64,000 bases of DNA, from contig JAWLHB010000047.1 in assembly GCA_041690595.1 (NCBI GenBank), positions 1 through 64,000 on the forward strand, written 5' to 3'. Positions 49,325 to 59,658 of the stretch are shown piece by piece. Source of the stretch: Lentisphaeria bacterium (GTDB taxonomy: Bacteria; Verrucomicrobiota; Lentisphaeria; JABSQK01; JAWLHB01). Under the pieces are notes generated by a model. The model ran no database searches, was not told the origin of the DNA, and worked only from the letters and a program-made list of their open reading frames with translations. Numbering within the stretch: position 1 is the first letter of the stretch; each line of letters begins with the position of its first letter. A program made the translations under genes and the position numbers.

Positions 49325-50866
49325 CTACGATGAGGCCGCACCGCCGATGCTCGCGCCATTGGCCGCGGGAGCGAGCCGCTGAAGCAGCCGTGAGGTGGCA
49401 TCGTCGAAGACCGCATGCCATTCAGGGGCAAGCAAGCACTCCGTCACCTCGTAGCCACCGCGCTCGTAGGCATCGGGCTCAGAGCCGTAATGAAGGTAAC
49501 CGTTGGAGTAGCAGGCAAGGAGCGTTTGGAGAAAAGGCGATTTTTTCTTCTGCGCCAGCCCGATCTCGACGGAAAGCTCCAGAGGACAGGCAAGAAGCAG
49601 GCAGTCGCTGATGCGAATCGCCTGGATCTCCGCCGCAACGGACTCCTCGCCAGAGTCATCATTGAGCGCCTGGTGCTTCTGGAGCGTAGCCATATCCTCC
49701 TGAATGACGACGAGCCGTTCCATGGTGCGAAGGTTAGCGAGGTACTTGTCCACCTGCTGGCGCTGCCAGGCGTCCATGGCGGCCCGATCTTCCCCATGAT
49801 AGCGTTCGGTCTGCAGGTAGCGGTACGAATAATCAGTAGGAAAATCGGCGTTGACGAGGTGCTGGAGGTAGAGAGGCAGAAAGGCCTTTAAGTTGAGGCA
49901 GGTGGAGCGAAGGGAGTCCAGCAGCGCTGCCTCTTCCTGGCGCAGGGCGGCGAGACGCTCGGGGATATCCGTCCGGCGTGGCAGCATGATCGTCTCGGAG
50001 ACGAGAGCCAGATCGCCATCATGCGTCTGGATGCGGCGCCACGCCGCCAGAGTACTTAGGCCAAGCGTGATTCCAAGCGGCTCGATGTCGCGGGGGCGGT
50101 TGAACTCCTTGAAGAAGATATCCACAACATTGCCCGCGGCGCCCTGGAGGAAGATGGCCATGGCCTCCCCGCCCAGCGTCTCCTCGATCAGCCGCGAAGC
50201 AATGCCCGGGAGATTGGCGGTGATCGAGCCATGCGTGTCGCCAAAAAGCAGGTGGCAGGCAAAGTTGTAGACCACCGCGAGCGGGCGGCCATCGACGCGG
50301 TCAACGCGCAGGATGCCGATCCCGGGATCGATGGGCCCGACGGCCTCGACCTCATCATCCGGGGGACACGGATTGGCATGGCGAATCGTCCAGCACTGGC
50401 CATTTTTGAGCTTCAGGCCACGGTTGATGCTGATCCGGTCCTCGAAACCTTCGCCCGCGCCGATACTCACCTCCGTCAGGCCGAGCGTGGCACGCCGGAT
50501 GGCATCGAAAACCCGCTCGAGCTGCTGGTTGTCGTCGCACAAGAGCCGCCCGGGCGGATGAGTGTGGGAGGCATTGACCAGAAGGTTGCCGCCGGGAATC
50601 CCCAGCTCCGTTTCGATTCGGGCGCGAAGGTTCGGCAGAAACGCCTCGCCTACATCGGGAAGAATGCCCGAACTGATGTGACGCGCGCCGATCGCGGTCG
50701 TATCCATGGCGACGATCGCCAGGCGCGTGACGCCGTCATCGAGCACCAGCACCTTGGCTTGGAGCGGATCGCGCACGGGGGTGGACGGTCTCTCGTTGGT
50801 GATCTCGCAGCTGGCAACGCCAGCCCGCAATCTCGGCGCGGAAAAAGTGTCTTTCGGGGGCATCAT
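49325..50866 (-). CDS. Neutral/alkaline ceramidase-like amidohydrolase-fold protein
   Basis: DPLQAKVLVL, NASHTH, NFACH, QGAAGN and YERGGYE motifs; substrate unknown. Confidence 0.7.
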   Translation of the reverse strand: MMPPKDTFSAPRLRAGVASCEITNERPSTPVRDPLQAKVLVLDDGVTRLAIVAMDTTAIGARHISSGILPDVGEAFLPNLRARIETELGIPGGNLLVNASHTHPPGRLLCDDNQQLERVFDAIRRATLGLTEVSIGAGEGFEDRISINRGLKLKNGQCWTIRHANPCPPDDEVEAVGPIDPGIGILRVDRVDGRPLAVVYNFACHLLFGDTHGSITANLPGIASRLIEETLGGEAMAIFLQGAAGNVVDIFFKEFNRPRDIEPLGITLGLSTLAAWRRIQTHDGDLALVSETIMLPRRTDIPERLAALRQEEAALLDSLRSTCLNLKAFLPLYLQHLVNADFPTDYSYRYLQTERYHGEDRAAMDAWQRQQVDKYLANLRTMERLVVIQEDMATLQKHQALNDDSGEESVAAEIQAIRISDCLLLACPLELSVEIGLAQKKKSPFLQTLLACYSNGYLHYGSEPDAYERGGYEVTECLLAPEWHAVFDDATSRLLQRLAPAANGASIGGAASS

Positions 50867-50891
50867 AAGATCTCGTGCCTGCAACTCGTGA

Positions 50892-53141
50892 TTACCAGGT
50901 GATGACAAAGTCGATTACCGCCACTGCGACGGCAGACTCCGTTTCATAACGTACATGATCGAACGGCTTGAAACCACTGCCGCTGACATAGGACCAGACC
51001 ACATCCGTCTGCGCGACAGAAGCCGTCAACATCACATTGCCGGCGCCGGGACGAAGCTGAAGGCAAGGTTGCGTCCCGAATCGCGCGATGAGCTCATCTT
51101 CGAGGGCGACACCGATCTCCCGCTTGCCCTGAAAAAGCCAGCTCAGTTGCCGCGGTTGCCGAAGAACCACGTGGTCGCGGCAGATCAGCTGTTGCCTTCC
51201 ACCGACAAGGAATTCGCGGGTATAGGCGATAACGTCCAGCTCCTCGGGATACGCGGGCGCAAGGTTGAGGCGAATGATGCCCTCGCCCGTACCCTCATCC
51301 CACCGCACCAGCTCGATCTCTTCGCCGTGGTGGCGCTTGGAAGGAATCGACATGGGATAGCCGACGTCGCCGCGCTGTCCCTGCCCATCGATCAGCAGGC
51401 AGGAGCGCAAGCAGGAACGAAGGCGGTAGCCGGAGTCGGGTGTCAGCAGAAGCGGCTGGGCGCCCACAGCCACGATGAAATGGCCGGCGCCCGGGGCGAT
51501 CTCCATCCGGTCACATGGCCCCCTGGCCCGGCGATAGGCGTTGTACCCGCACCAGGGGCCGCACTGCACGGAAAGCGTGACGCGGCCGTCCCGGTAGTGC
51601 GCCAGACCGCTGTCCTCGAAGAAGGCGAGACGCGGCGGTTCGGGAAGCCCCGCAACCGGCTCAACCGTCGGGTCGTGCGAAAGCAGTCCCCAAAGTGGTC
51701 CGTGGAAATAGGCGATCTCTTCGACTCCGGCATAGAAGGCGGTCGGTGGCGTCTCCAGCAGCAGGTGGGCGATCCTGGCAGCGCGCCCATCCCCGTACTT
51801 GGTGGCCATACGGTTGAAGAAGGCGTTGCCGCCGATCATCAACTCGCGGTCGCCGCCAAAATTGGTCGTGACGACCATACGGTGCTCTTTCTCATGCAGA
51901 ACGGCAATGACGTACTCCATAATCGGCCTGAAGGGCGCCCAATCGAAGAGGTCGTCTCCCCCGGCAGCCAGAAGCGCATCGCGAAAGTGCGTCAGTTCGT
52001 TCAGGTACAGGTAGAAATTGGAGTACGAACTTGGCGGCAGGACGCCGTCTCGCGGCATGGCCTCCAGACTGCGGCGGACGCGCGGAATCACGTAGGCGAT
52101 CCAGCGTTCCGCTTCGGGAAGAATTCCGTACAGCGCGAGTGCAGCGGCACCAAAGCTGTGCATCGACCGCCAGCCGTGATCCTGCAGCACCGAACCGCCC
52201 CAGTAGTCGCGATTGATCAGGGCAAGGTTCACGAACCGGTCCCCCTGCAGCGCCATCTTCGCCAGCATGCTCTTCGTGCGGGCGGGGCCGAGCTCGTCGC
52301 GGAGGGCATGAAGCGCCCAGGCCAGGCAGCGCATGGCGACGGCGGGCGCCATATCGCCATCATGGCTGTAGCCATCTTCTCGCGGGTTTCCCCAGTGCGG
52401 CAGCGCCACCGTCTCATCGATAACCTTCAGCGCCAGGTCGAGGACATCCACATGGCCGTCGAGGTGCCAGGCAGCGATCAGCAAGGGGATGTTTTCGGGG
52501 CCGTGCGACGGGCGGGCGAGAAGCCAGGCGAACGAGCGGCGAAGTGGTTCGGCGTAGAGCGCATGGGTGGTGGTCAAAACCTCGCGCAACCGCCTCCAGT
52601 CGGGAGTCGGATTGGCGGCAGCGAGGCCGGGTGGCAGGGGCTCCAGGCAATCTTCCGGATCCGCTTCCAGCCGCGCGGAGATCCAGCTTATGGCCATGGG
52701 CCGATAGGGTATCAACCGCAGCGTCGCTTCGCCCGAGAGAGGCAGGTGGAAGGCCATCCGCCCCCGGAAACGGCGGTGCGCGATGTCTTCCAGCGATACC
52801 CGCTGAAAGAACCAGAGGCCCAGACGCTGCCCGTTCACCTCGACCCAGTAACTCGGCACCAGCGGCTTGTTCCCGTCAAGCTCCGTAAAATCCCACGGTC
52901 CGCAGCGCTGCCCCTTGTTCCCGTAGCAGTCAAAGGTCAGATACAGCTCTTCCCAGTCGAACGCTGACGCATCGACAATCACCGAGAGCTGATAGAGCCC
53001 GGCCGGCGCCTCGAAGCTGAGCCGCAAGGCGCCATCGTCCAGCTGCTGGAAGGGGACAAGCCGGGGTTCCGCGAGAGTGCAGATGCATGGTGGAATCGTA
53101 ACCATTGAAAGAGCCGGATCAGCGTTGAGCTTTGCGGGCAT
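50892..53141 (-). CDS. Heparinase II/III-like (alpha-toroid + beta-sandwich) protein
   Basis: Helical central region (QDHGW, RDG) followed by FFEDSGLAHYR and LLIDGQGQ beta-region motifs; divergent. Confidence 0.55.
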   Translation of the reverse strand: MPAKLNADPALSMVTIPPCICTLAEPRLVPFQQLDDGALRLSFEAPAGLYQLSVIVDASAFDWEELYLTFDCYGNKGQRCGPWDFTELDGNKPLVPSYWVEVNGQRLGLWFFQRVSLEDIAHRRFRGRMAFHLPLSGEATLRLIPYRPMAISWISARLEADPEDCLEPLPPGLAAANPTPDWRRLREVLTTTHALYAEPLRRSFAWLLARPSHGPENIPLLIAAWHLDGHVDVLDLALKVIDETVALPHWGNPREDGYSHDGDMAPAVAMRCLAWALHALRDELGPARTKSMLAKMALQGDRFVNLALINRDYWGGSVLQDHGWRSMHSFGAAALALYGILPEAERWIAYVIPRVRRSLEAMPRDGVLPPSSYSNFYLYLNELTHFRDALLAAGGDDLFDWAPFRPIMEYVIAVLHEKEHRMVVTTNFGGDRELMIGGNAFFNRMATKYGDGRAARIAHLLLETPPTAFYAGVEEIAYFHGPLWGLLSHDPTVEPVAGLPEPPRLAFFEDSGLAHYRDGRVTLSVQCGPWCGYNAYRRARGPCDRMEIAPGAGHFIVAVGAQPLLLTPDSGYRLRSCLRSCLLIDGQGQRGDVGYPMSIPSKRHHGEEIELVRWDEGTGEGIIRLNLAPAYPEELDVIAYTREFLVGGRQQLICRDHVVLRQPRQLSWLFQGKREIGVALEDELIARFGTQPCLQLRPGAGNVMLTASVAQTDVVWSYVSGSGFKPFDHVRYETESAVAVAVIDFVITW

Positions 53142-53183
53142 GAGAAGCGACCTTGCGCAGGAGGATATGGGTTGCTGAATGCA

Positions 53184-54581
53184 TTATTCGACAGGTTTGG
53201 CAAAGAGCATGGGCGCCGGCAAGCCGGTGGCGGCGCTGCGCAGAACCACCTGCCCCTGACCATTGCCGCCGCTCCCATAATCCACAAGCAACGCCGTGGG
53301 AACCGCGCGGCTGAGCTGCAACGTGACGCTGTTGCCCTCGATTTCGGTGCCGATCACCTGCAGATCCGCCGGAGCCCGATCGGCGCCACGGAAACGAAAA
53401 CCTTCAGCTCGCTTGCCTTCCTTCCCATCCCAGGAGCGGAGCGTCATCGGTTGGTCGAAGGTAAGAAGAAGCTGCTCTTCCCCCTTGCGCTGAAGGTGCA
53501 GCAGCCGCGGAAGGGCCATCTCCTTCTTCCCGTAAATCCCGGATAGGATCGCGGCCGACCACCGATCGGCATAGCACTGCATGTTGTCCAGAGCGCGGAA
53601 ATGACACCCGTCGGTCGGAAAAATGTCGAAGGTCACCGCCCCCTGCAAGGCATGAGGATGCTCGCTCCACATCTCCTGCTGCGCCCGGCGGATGTTGTCA
53701 TTCTTCTCCCGATCCGAGCCCTGGTTGGTCAGCTGACCGACGAGCACGGGAACCCCAAGATCATCCCAGAAGTCCGTGATGGCGGCCAGCAGATTCGTCT
53801 TGTACTCATCGTAATCGCCCATCACCGTCAGCGTATTGTGATGGGTCATGTCGTTTTCTCCCTGGTAATAGAGAACCGCCCGGACCTTCATGGTACCGTC
53901 GGTGGCTGCCTTGATGCTGTTGAGCATTCGCGCCTGCATCGAGCCGGGATTGCCCCAGGCGAGAGTGCCGTCACCGCGACGCCACTGCTTGACCACCGTG
54001 CTGCCCGCCGCCGTCGCGATGAAGCCGATTGGGACATTCTCCGCCGGAATCAGGGTGTTCAAGACCATCGGCCAGGGCGAACCGTAGTCCCCATCGTTGG
54101 CGGATGGATCCTCCCCGATTGACCAGCTGTTCTTGCGATACTTGACGCCGACATAGGGATTCTCCTTCTTCAGCTGCACCATCTCGGTTCCCCGTCCATC
54201 CGCATTCGACTGTCCCGTGATCACGAAAAGATCGCCGATGCTGACCATCGGCACGGTGGCGACAAGCATCGGCTCGGCGATACCGCGAACCTCCAGCTCG
54301 CCCTGCCCAACCCCTTCCCGCAGAACGCCCGCAAAGTTCCCCTCCTTCGGCGACGGGTCGATCACCTGCCAGTCGCGACCGCAAAAACGCGCCTCGACCC
54401 GCTCGAGCTTCACCTCGCCCGGCCAGCTGCCCCGCACCGGGATGCTGCCTTGCTCCGCCGTATCGCGCTGCACCAGCGTGTAGCCCACCGGATAAAGCAC
54501 CACAAGTTGCCCCTCTTCAGCAACCAACGCAGTGGAAGTGAGAAGGGCGAGCGCAGCCAGAGAACGGAGTGATTTCTTCAT
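53184..54581 (-). CDS. Exported sialate O-acetylesterase-like (SASA) carbohydrate esterase
   Basis: Signal peptide; ITGQSNA, YYQGEND and DGCH motifs. Confidence 0.85.
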   Translation of the reverse strand: MKKSLRSLAALALLTSTALVAEEGQLVVLYPVGYTLVQRDTAEQGSIPVRGSWPGEVKLERVEARFCGRDWQVIDPSPKEGNFAGVLREGVGQGELEVRGIAEPMLVATVPMVSIGDLFVITGQSNADGRGTEMVQLKKENPYVGVKYRKNSWSIGEDPSANDGDYGSPWPMVLNTLIPAENVPIGFIATAAGSTVVKQWRRGDGTLAWGNPGSMQARMLNSIKAATDGTMKVRAVLYYQGENDMTHHNTLTVMGDYDEYKTNLLAAITDFWDDLGVPVLVGQLTNQGSDREKNDNIRRAQQEMWSEHPHALQGAVTFDIFPTDGCHFRALDNMQCYADRWSAAILSGIYGKKEMALPRLLHLQRKGEEQLLLTFDQPMTLRSWDGKEGKRAEGFRFRGADRAPADLQVIGTEIEGNSVTLQLSRAVPTALLVDYGSGGNGQGQVVLRSAATGLPAPMLFAKPVE

Positions 54582-54831
54582 GACGTAACCTCAACTGAAT
54601 GATGCCGGAATGGCGAGGATATGGGAGACCCGGGTGACCGAGAAAAACGAACGGGCAGATTACTACTGCCGCTCCTTCATCGACCTTTCAAGCAAGAGCC
54701 GGAAAGATGGGGCCTTCCCTGGCGATTCCCGGTTGGAGTTCCTTGACAGAAAGGCGCGGTGGGGCTAATCTCAACGAATTGCGGTGGCACGGAAGCCCCC
54801 AGAACGTCAAGTTAGACCATGAAGGAATGAG

Positions 54832-55452
54832 ATGAGTACAAGCCCCCTCGTATTCGATCCTTATATAATCCAGAACGTCCCCGGAAAGACCTTCCTCGAC
54901 GTTGGCTGCGGTTACGGAAAATGGGGCTTCCTGCTCAAGAAGTATGCCGATCCCACTCAGCCGCGCCATGTCACCGGTCTGGATCTCTTCGAACCCCACG
55001 TGAAAGCACTCCAGGCGGATGGCATTTACGACGAGGTTCATGTGGGCGACGCCACCGCCCTGCCCTTCCCGGACAAGTCATTCGACACGGTCATCGCTTG
55101 CGAAGTTCTGGAACACTTGCCGCGGGAACAGGGAGAAGTACTCATCCGTGAACTCAGGCGCGTTGCCAGGCTCTGTTTCGTCGTCTCCACGCCAGGCTTC
55201 CCGTGCCTGCGTGGGGGAAGCGATACCCTTGATGGCTTCAACCCCCACGAAGCTCACCAGCATATCTATTCCTACAAAGACTTCAGCTCCCTGGGCTTCA
55301 CCCAGATCATCGGAGTTGGATGCCTGCGAATGCGACCATTCAAGCTGGCCGCGGCCTTTGCATCACTTGGCATCTGGTTCCCATGGCTCAGTCGCTATCG
55401 TCTTGGCTTTTGGTTTGCCGACGGAAAGAGGCGTGTCCTCGAACTGGAATAG
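54832..55452 (+). CDS. Class I SAM-dependent methyltransferase
   Basis: LDVGCGYG, GDATALPFPDKSFD and EVLEHL motifs. Confidence 0.9.
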   Translation: MSTSPLVFDPYIIQNVPGKTFLDVGCGYGKWGFLLKKYADPTQPRHVTGLDLFEPHVKALQADGIYDEVHVGDATALPFPDKSFDTVIACEVLEHLPREQGEVLIRELRRVARLCFVVSTPGFPCLRGGSDTLDGFNPHEAHQHIYSYKDFSSLGFTQIIGVGCLRMRPFKLAAAFASLGIWFPWLSRYRLGFWFADGKRRVLELE

Positions 55453-55523
55453 CCCGCCCTAACCGCACCCTGCCCCAACGCAACGGGTTGCGTCCACTGC
55501 GTCCACTCCTCTTGCCGCCACGC

Positions 55524-57959
55524 TCAGCAGTGGGCAGCGCGGAGTGGATCGATAGTGTGCTCGTAGTCGACGACATGGAGGTCACCAACTGGATGAGAGT
55601 CGATGATCCGGCCTCCGAGATCGAGGCGGACCGGGTCGCGGAAGGCGAGCTGTCCGGGGGTGCAGGGCGCGCCCGTCAAGAGATAGGCGTCGCGGGAGTC
55701 GCTGAGCGGGGTGAGTTCGCTGGTGGTCCAGGCGAGGCGGTTGCCGCCAAGATCAGCGTCCAGCAGGAGGACGCGAGCTTCGTGGGGCTGCAGGCAGATG
55801 TCGAAGGCATGCCCATCCGCCAAGCGAATGGTCGAGGGACCGCTGTCACCTCCGACATCGATGAGAGTGAGGAAGCTGACGGGGCCGCGGCGCAGGAGCG
55901 CATGGCGGAAGACGCCGTCAACCTGGCAGGCGGGTTGGAGCCCAAGGCATTGGACCAGAAGGTGATGCCAGAGACGAAGCGAGCCGTGACTCGTGTATTG
56001 CATGTTGAAGCCGGCGAGGAGGACGCGCGGACTGAGCATGGCGGCGAGGGCGGAGTCACGGTAGGTGACAAGTGCTTCCGCGCCATTGGCGAACTCGTGC
56101 CCCCAGAGCCAATCGGGCAGACCGACATCGCCGACCGGAGTCTGCACAGAGCGGCTGCCGTAATCGAGGACGCGACCGCCGGCAGGGGCAATCTGCTGGA
56201 TGAGGTGAACCCCAAGACGCTCCACCAGGCGGGTATCGGGGCGGCCATCGAGGGTACGGGCGGGAATGGTGGGAAAGAAGATGCAGTTGCCGTTCGCCTC
56301 GAGGTGTTCGAGGATCCAGGTAATGGCTTCCGCTTCCATCGCCCCCGTGTTGGGGACGATGAGGGTCCCCGTGCCGGCTGGCTGGTTGGGATGGCGAAGA
56401 TCGCGGGCGTTCCAGCCGAAGTTGAGGCGCGAGCAGAGAAGCGCGGACTCGCGCGTGCGGTGCCAGATGCCCGCTTCCGCGGGGACCGCCTGGCGCGTGA
56501 CATTCTCGACGCCATCGAGCCATTCGTGGCTGCCACCGCCGGTCTGCATGCTCAGGGCGGGCTCGGCATCGAAGGCAACCCCGCCGGGCCTGCCGGCCCC
56601 CAGAAAGTCTTGGTAGCGCTGTCCCGCTGAAAAGGCAATCGTGCACTCGGCCGCGCAGGGAGCGGCGGCCAGTTCCCGACGCCAGGCATGGGCAAAGCGG
56701 AAGAAACGTTCGACGCTCTCTCCGCCCGAGGTCAGCCGGCCACTGAGGTCGAGGCAACTGGGCTCGTAGTACTCGGGACCATCGATCGTGTCCTGCAAGG
56801 GCGAGATGGCCGCGGCATAGGGATAGACGACGCCACCGGCCAGGCCGTGCCCCAGTCCGCCGCGAAGGAGCGGCGACCAGTTGAGGTTGGACCGGGCAAG
56901 ACGGGGAATGTACCAGTTGACGTTCAGCTCGATGGATAGCGGAACCGCCCCCCACCCGCTTGCCTTGACCAGCTCCAGCCCCCAGGCGGTATTCTGCAGC
57001 CCCTCCAGATCCATGATCCGATCGGAATAGGTATGACAGGCCGTGGTCCCGACGATGCCGCGCTCCTGCATGACGGCCCCAAAGCCGGAATGGTCCCCAT
57101 GGCCATAGAAGCCAGCCACCGGTTCGTTGAAGCAAATCGGCACCTCGATGCCATCCTCCTGAGCCCAGGCAACCATGGTGGCGCCCCAGTCCGCGAAGAA
57201 CCAGCGCTTGAAGTCGAGCCAGTCGTGGCAGAGGAGGCGTTCACCGGTGGTGGTGGGGAATCGCCGCAGGGGTTGAACCGCCGCGATCTCCGGAAGCGCG
57301 GTGCCGTAGCGCTGGTTGAGCGCGTCGATATCCCCATACCGCTGCTGCAGCCACGCGGGCCAGCGCTCGTGAAGCATCGCCGGATCATAAAGCGAATTGA
57401 GCAGGCCATAGGTCCACCCGGCGGAGAGTTCGTTGTCGGGCTGAAAGAGGATGACCGAGCCGTCGCGGGTACTCTGGAAACGCGCGATCAGCGGGACAAC
57501 CTGGCGGAACCACCCCCGCACATAGTCGCGGAAAAGGGGCTCCCCTTCCGCCGGCGCAACGCGACCAGTGACCGGCTGCCCATCGGCGCGGCGACTGATC
57601 GTTTCGGGATGATCCCGGAAGAGCCATTCCGGGAAGCCCCCATAGCGCAGCTCGCTGTTGACGAAAGGACCCGGGCGGGCGATGACGTTCAGCCCCAGCT
57701 CGGCTGCCAGCTCGAGAAAGCCCTGCAAATCGCGCTCGGGAAGCGTTTCGCCATGGAGGTCGACGCGTCCTTCCTCGGGCTCATGGAAGTACCATGGCAT
57801 GTAGGAAGCCACGGTATTGACGCCGGCGTCGCGGGCAGCCGTCATCCGATCGCGCCAGGTATCGCGGGGGAGACGGTAGTAGTGAATTTCCGCGCCGCAG
57901 AGGAAGAGGGGCTCGTTGTCGAGGCGAATGTGTCCATCGGCGATCGTGACAGCTGCCAT
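55524..57959 (-). CDS. Beta-galactosidase-like glycoside hydrolase (GH35/GH42-like)
   Basis: EIHYYR, YMPWYFHEPEEG, RPGPFVNSE, GGFPEWL and QPDNE motifs. Confidence 0.85.
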   Translation of the reverse strand: MAAVTIADGHIRLDNEPLFLCGAEIHYYRLPRDTWRDRMTAARDAGVNTVASYMPWYFHEPEEGRVDLHGETLPERDLQGFLELAAELGLNVIARPGPFVNSELRYGGFPEWLFRDHPETISRRADGQPVTGRVAPAEGEPLFRDYVRGWFRQVVPLIARFQSTRDGSVILFQPDNELSAGWTYGLLNSLYDPAMLHERWPAWLQQRYGDIDALNQRYGTALPEIAAVQPLRRFPTTTGERLLCHDWLDFKRWFFADWGATMVAWAQEDGIEVPICFNEPVAGFYGHGDHSGFGAVMQERGIVGTTACHTYSDRIMDLEGLQNTAWGLELVKASGWGAVPLSIELNVNWYIPRLARSNLNWSPLLRGGLGHGLAGGVVYPYAAAISPLQDTIDGPEYYEPSCLDLSGRLTSGGESVERFFRFAHAWRRELAAAPCAAECTIAFSAGQRYQDFLGAGRPGGVAFDAEPALSMQTGGGSHEWLDGVENVTRQAVPAEAGIWHRTRESALLCSRLNFGWNARDLRHPNQPAGTGTLIVPNTGAMEAEAITWILEHLEANGNCIFFPTIPARTLDGRPDTRLVERLGVHLIQQIAPAGGRVLDYGSRSVQTPVGDVGLPDWLWGHEFANGAEALVTYRDSALAAMLSPRVLLAGFNMQYTSHGSLRLWHHLLVQCLGLQPACQVDGVFRHALLRRGPVSFLTLIDVGGDSGPSTIRLADGHAFDICLQPHEARVLLLDADLGGNRLAWTTSELTPLSDSRDAYLLTGAPCTPGQLAFRDPVRLDLGGRIIDSHPVGDLHVVDYEHTIDPLRAAHC

Positions 57960-57974
57960 GGCGAAAGGCCTTTC

Positions 57975-58673
57975 TTATAGCTTGTTGTTCTCGACCAGCC
58001 GCACCAGATCGCGCAGGCTGGAAATATGGAAATCGGCGCGTTCCAGCTCTTCCCGGGGCTGGTAGTCGGCGTACTTGCCCTGCAGAATACGGATACTGAC
58101 CATCCCCACCCGGTTGGCGCCAAGCACGTCCCGCCGCGGGTCGTTGCCGACAAATGCCGCCCGCTCCGGCTCCACGCCCAGTTGCGCGCACGCCTTCAGG
58201 AAGATGGCCGGATCCGGCTTCTCGACGTTCACTTCGCTGGAGATGATCACCGAGTGGAAAAAATGCTGCAGACCCAGGCGGATGAGCTTCTCCCATTGCT
58301 TCACCGCGACCCCATTGGTGATGATGCCCAGGGAGTAACCGCGGTCCCGCAGCTTGAGCAGCGAGGGCATCGTTTCCTCGAACGGCTTGAGATAGGCAAG
58401 CTTGACGCTGTGGTAGGCGACGACACCAGCGGCTACAAGGTGAGGGTTCGAAGCCAGCCCCAGCTCCTTGAGCATCTCGTCGTAATGCCGACCGAAGTTG
58501 GACCCGAACTGGCGGATGACCTTGCTCAGCGCCGCCTCCACGCGCTCCCGCTCCACCGAGAGGCCCGCATCGATCATCGCCTCCACCGCATGCCGCCGCG
58601 CATAGGTCGACTGCCGCGTGCTGTTGTAGAGCGTGTCGTCGATGTCGAAGAAAAGACTGGTCACCGGCGCCAT
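57975..58673 (-). CDS. HAD-superfamily hydrolase (TIGR02253-like)
   Basis: FFDIDDTL, ITNG, KQWEKLIRLGL, EKPDP and VGND motifs; start re-chosen at ATG 58673. Confidence 0.88.
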   Translation of the reverse strand: MAPVTSLFFDIDDTLYNSTRQSTYARRHAVEAMIDAGLSVERERVEAALSKVIRQFGSNFGRHYDEMLKELGLASNPHLVAAGVVAYHSVKLAYLKPFEETMPSLLKLRDRGYSLGIITNGVAVKQWEKLIRLGLQHFFHSVIISSEVNVEKPDPAIFLKACAQLGVEPERAAFVGNDPRRDVLGANRVGMVSIRILQGKYADYQPREELERADFHISSLRDLVRLVENNKL

Positions 58674-58803
58674 GATATTCCTGCCGCGGCCGCGGATGTT
58701 CACGTGAAAGGGGTTGACGAAGCTGGCCCTCAATATACCTTTGTAACAGTCACACACACTAGCAAGCCGCGGAAATCGGCGAAACAAACCCAAAGGATCT
58801 CGA

Positions 58804-59658
58804 ATGGCCTTCAAGTATACCGGCTTCGCGGACGAAGCCAGCAAGACGTTGACGAAGCAGATTGAAGCAACAAAGGAAGCAGGCTGGTCCTCCATCGAAC
58901 TGCGCCTGGTCGACGGCAAGAATGTCTGCGATCTGAATGACGAGGAATGGGCCAGGGTTTGGCAGAAGCTGCAAGACGCGGGCATCACCGTCGCCGGCTT
59001 CGGTGGCCAGATCGCCAATTGGGCGCGCCCCATTACCAACGATTTCCAGACCGACCTCGCCGAACTCAAGCGGGCCATCCCCCACATGAAGCAGGCAGGC
59101 ACCAACCTCATCCGCATCATGTCCTACCCGAACCCCACGGACAATCCCTGGAACCGTGACGAATGGCGGGACGAGGTCGTGCGCCGCCTGCGCCTCTTGA
59201 CCCCCATCGCCGAAGAAAACGGCATCATCCTCGGCCACGAGAACTGCAGCGGCTACGGCGGCCTCGGCCCCAAGGAGTATCTGGAACTGGTCGAGATGGT
59301 CGACAGCCCTTCCCTCAAGCTCATCTTCGATACCGGCAACAACAGCCAGCATGATCAGGACATCGAAGCTACCTGGCGCTACTACCAGGCATGCAGGGAC
59401 CAGATCGTGCACGTGCACATCAAGTCCTACAAGCCCGGCCCAGATGGCAAAATGGCCACCTGTTTCCCGGACGAGGATCCAGTCCAGAAGCGCATCCTGG
59501 CCGACCTCAAGGCAACTGGCTACGACGGTTGGCTCTCCATCGAACCCCACCTCGCCGCAGCCATCCATGCCGGCAAGGATGTCGCCGACGAAGACAAGGC
59601 CAAGTCCGTCTACATCGAGTACACGAAACGACTGGAGAGGCTGATTGCCACACTCTGA
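58804..59658 (+). CDS. Sugar phosphate isomerase/epimerase (xylose-isomerase-like TIM barrel)
   Basis: GFADEA, HEN, FDTGN, HVHIK and SIEPH metal-ligand motifs. Confidence 0.88.
   Translation: MAFKYTGFADEASKTLTKQIEATKEAGWSSIELRLVDGKNVCDLNDEEWARVWQKLQDAGITVAGFGGQIANWARPITNDFQTDLAELKRAIPHMKQAGTNLIRIMSYPNPTDNPWNRDEWRDEVVRRLRLLTPIAEENGIILGHENCSGYGGLGPKEYLELVEMVDSPSLKLIFDTGNNSQHDQDIEATWRYYQACRDQIVHVHIKSYKPGPDGKMATCFPDEDPVQKRILADLKATGYDGWLSIEPHLAAAIHAGKDVADEDKAKSVYIEYTKRLERLIATL

Noticed and set aside
50955..52967. 670-aa + strand ORF
   Set aside because: Fully antisense to the heparinase-like gene, which fits the local minus-strand gene order.
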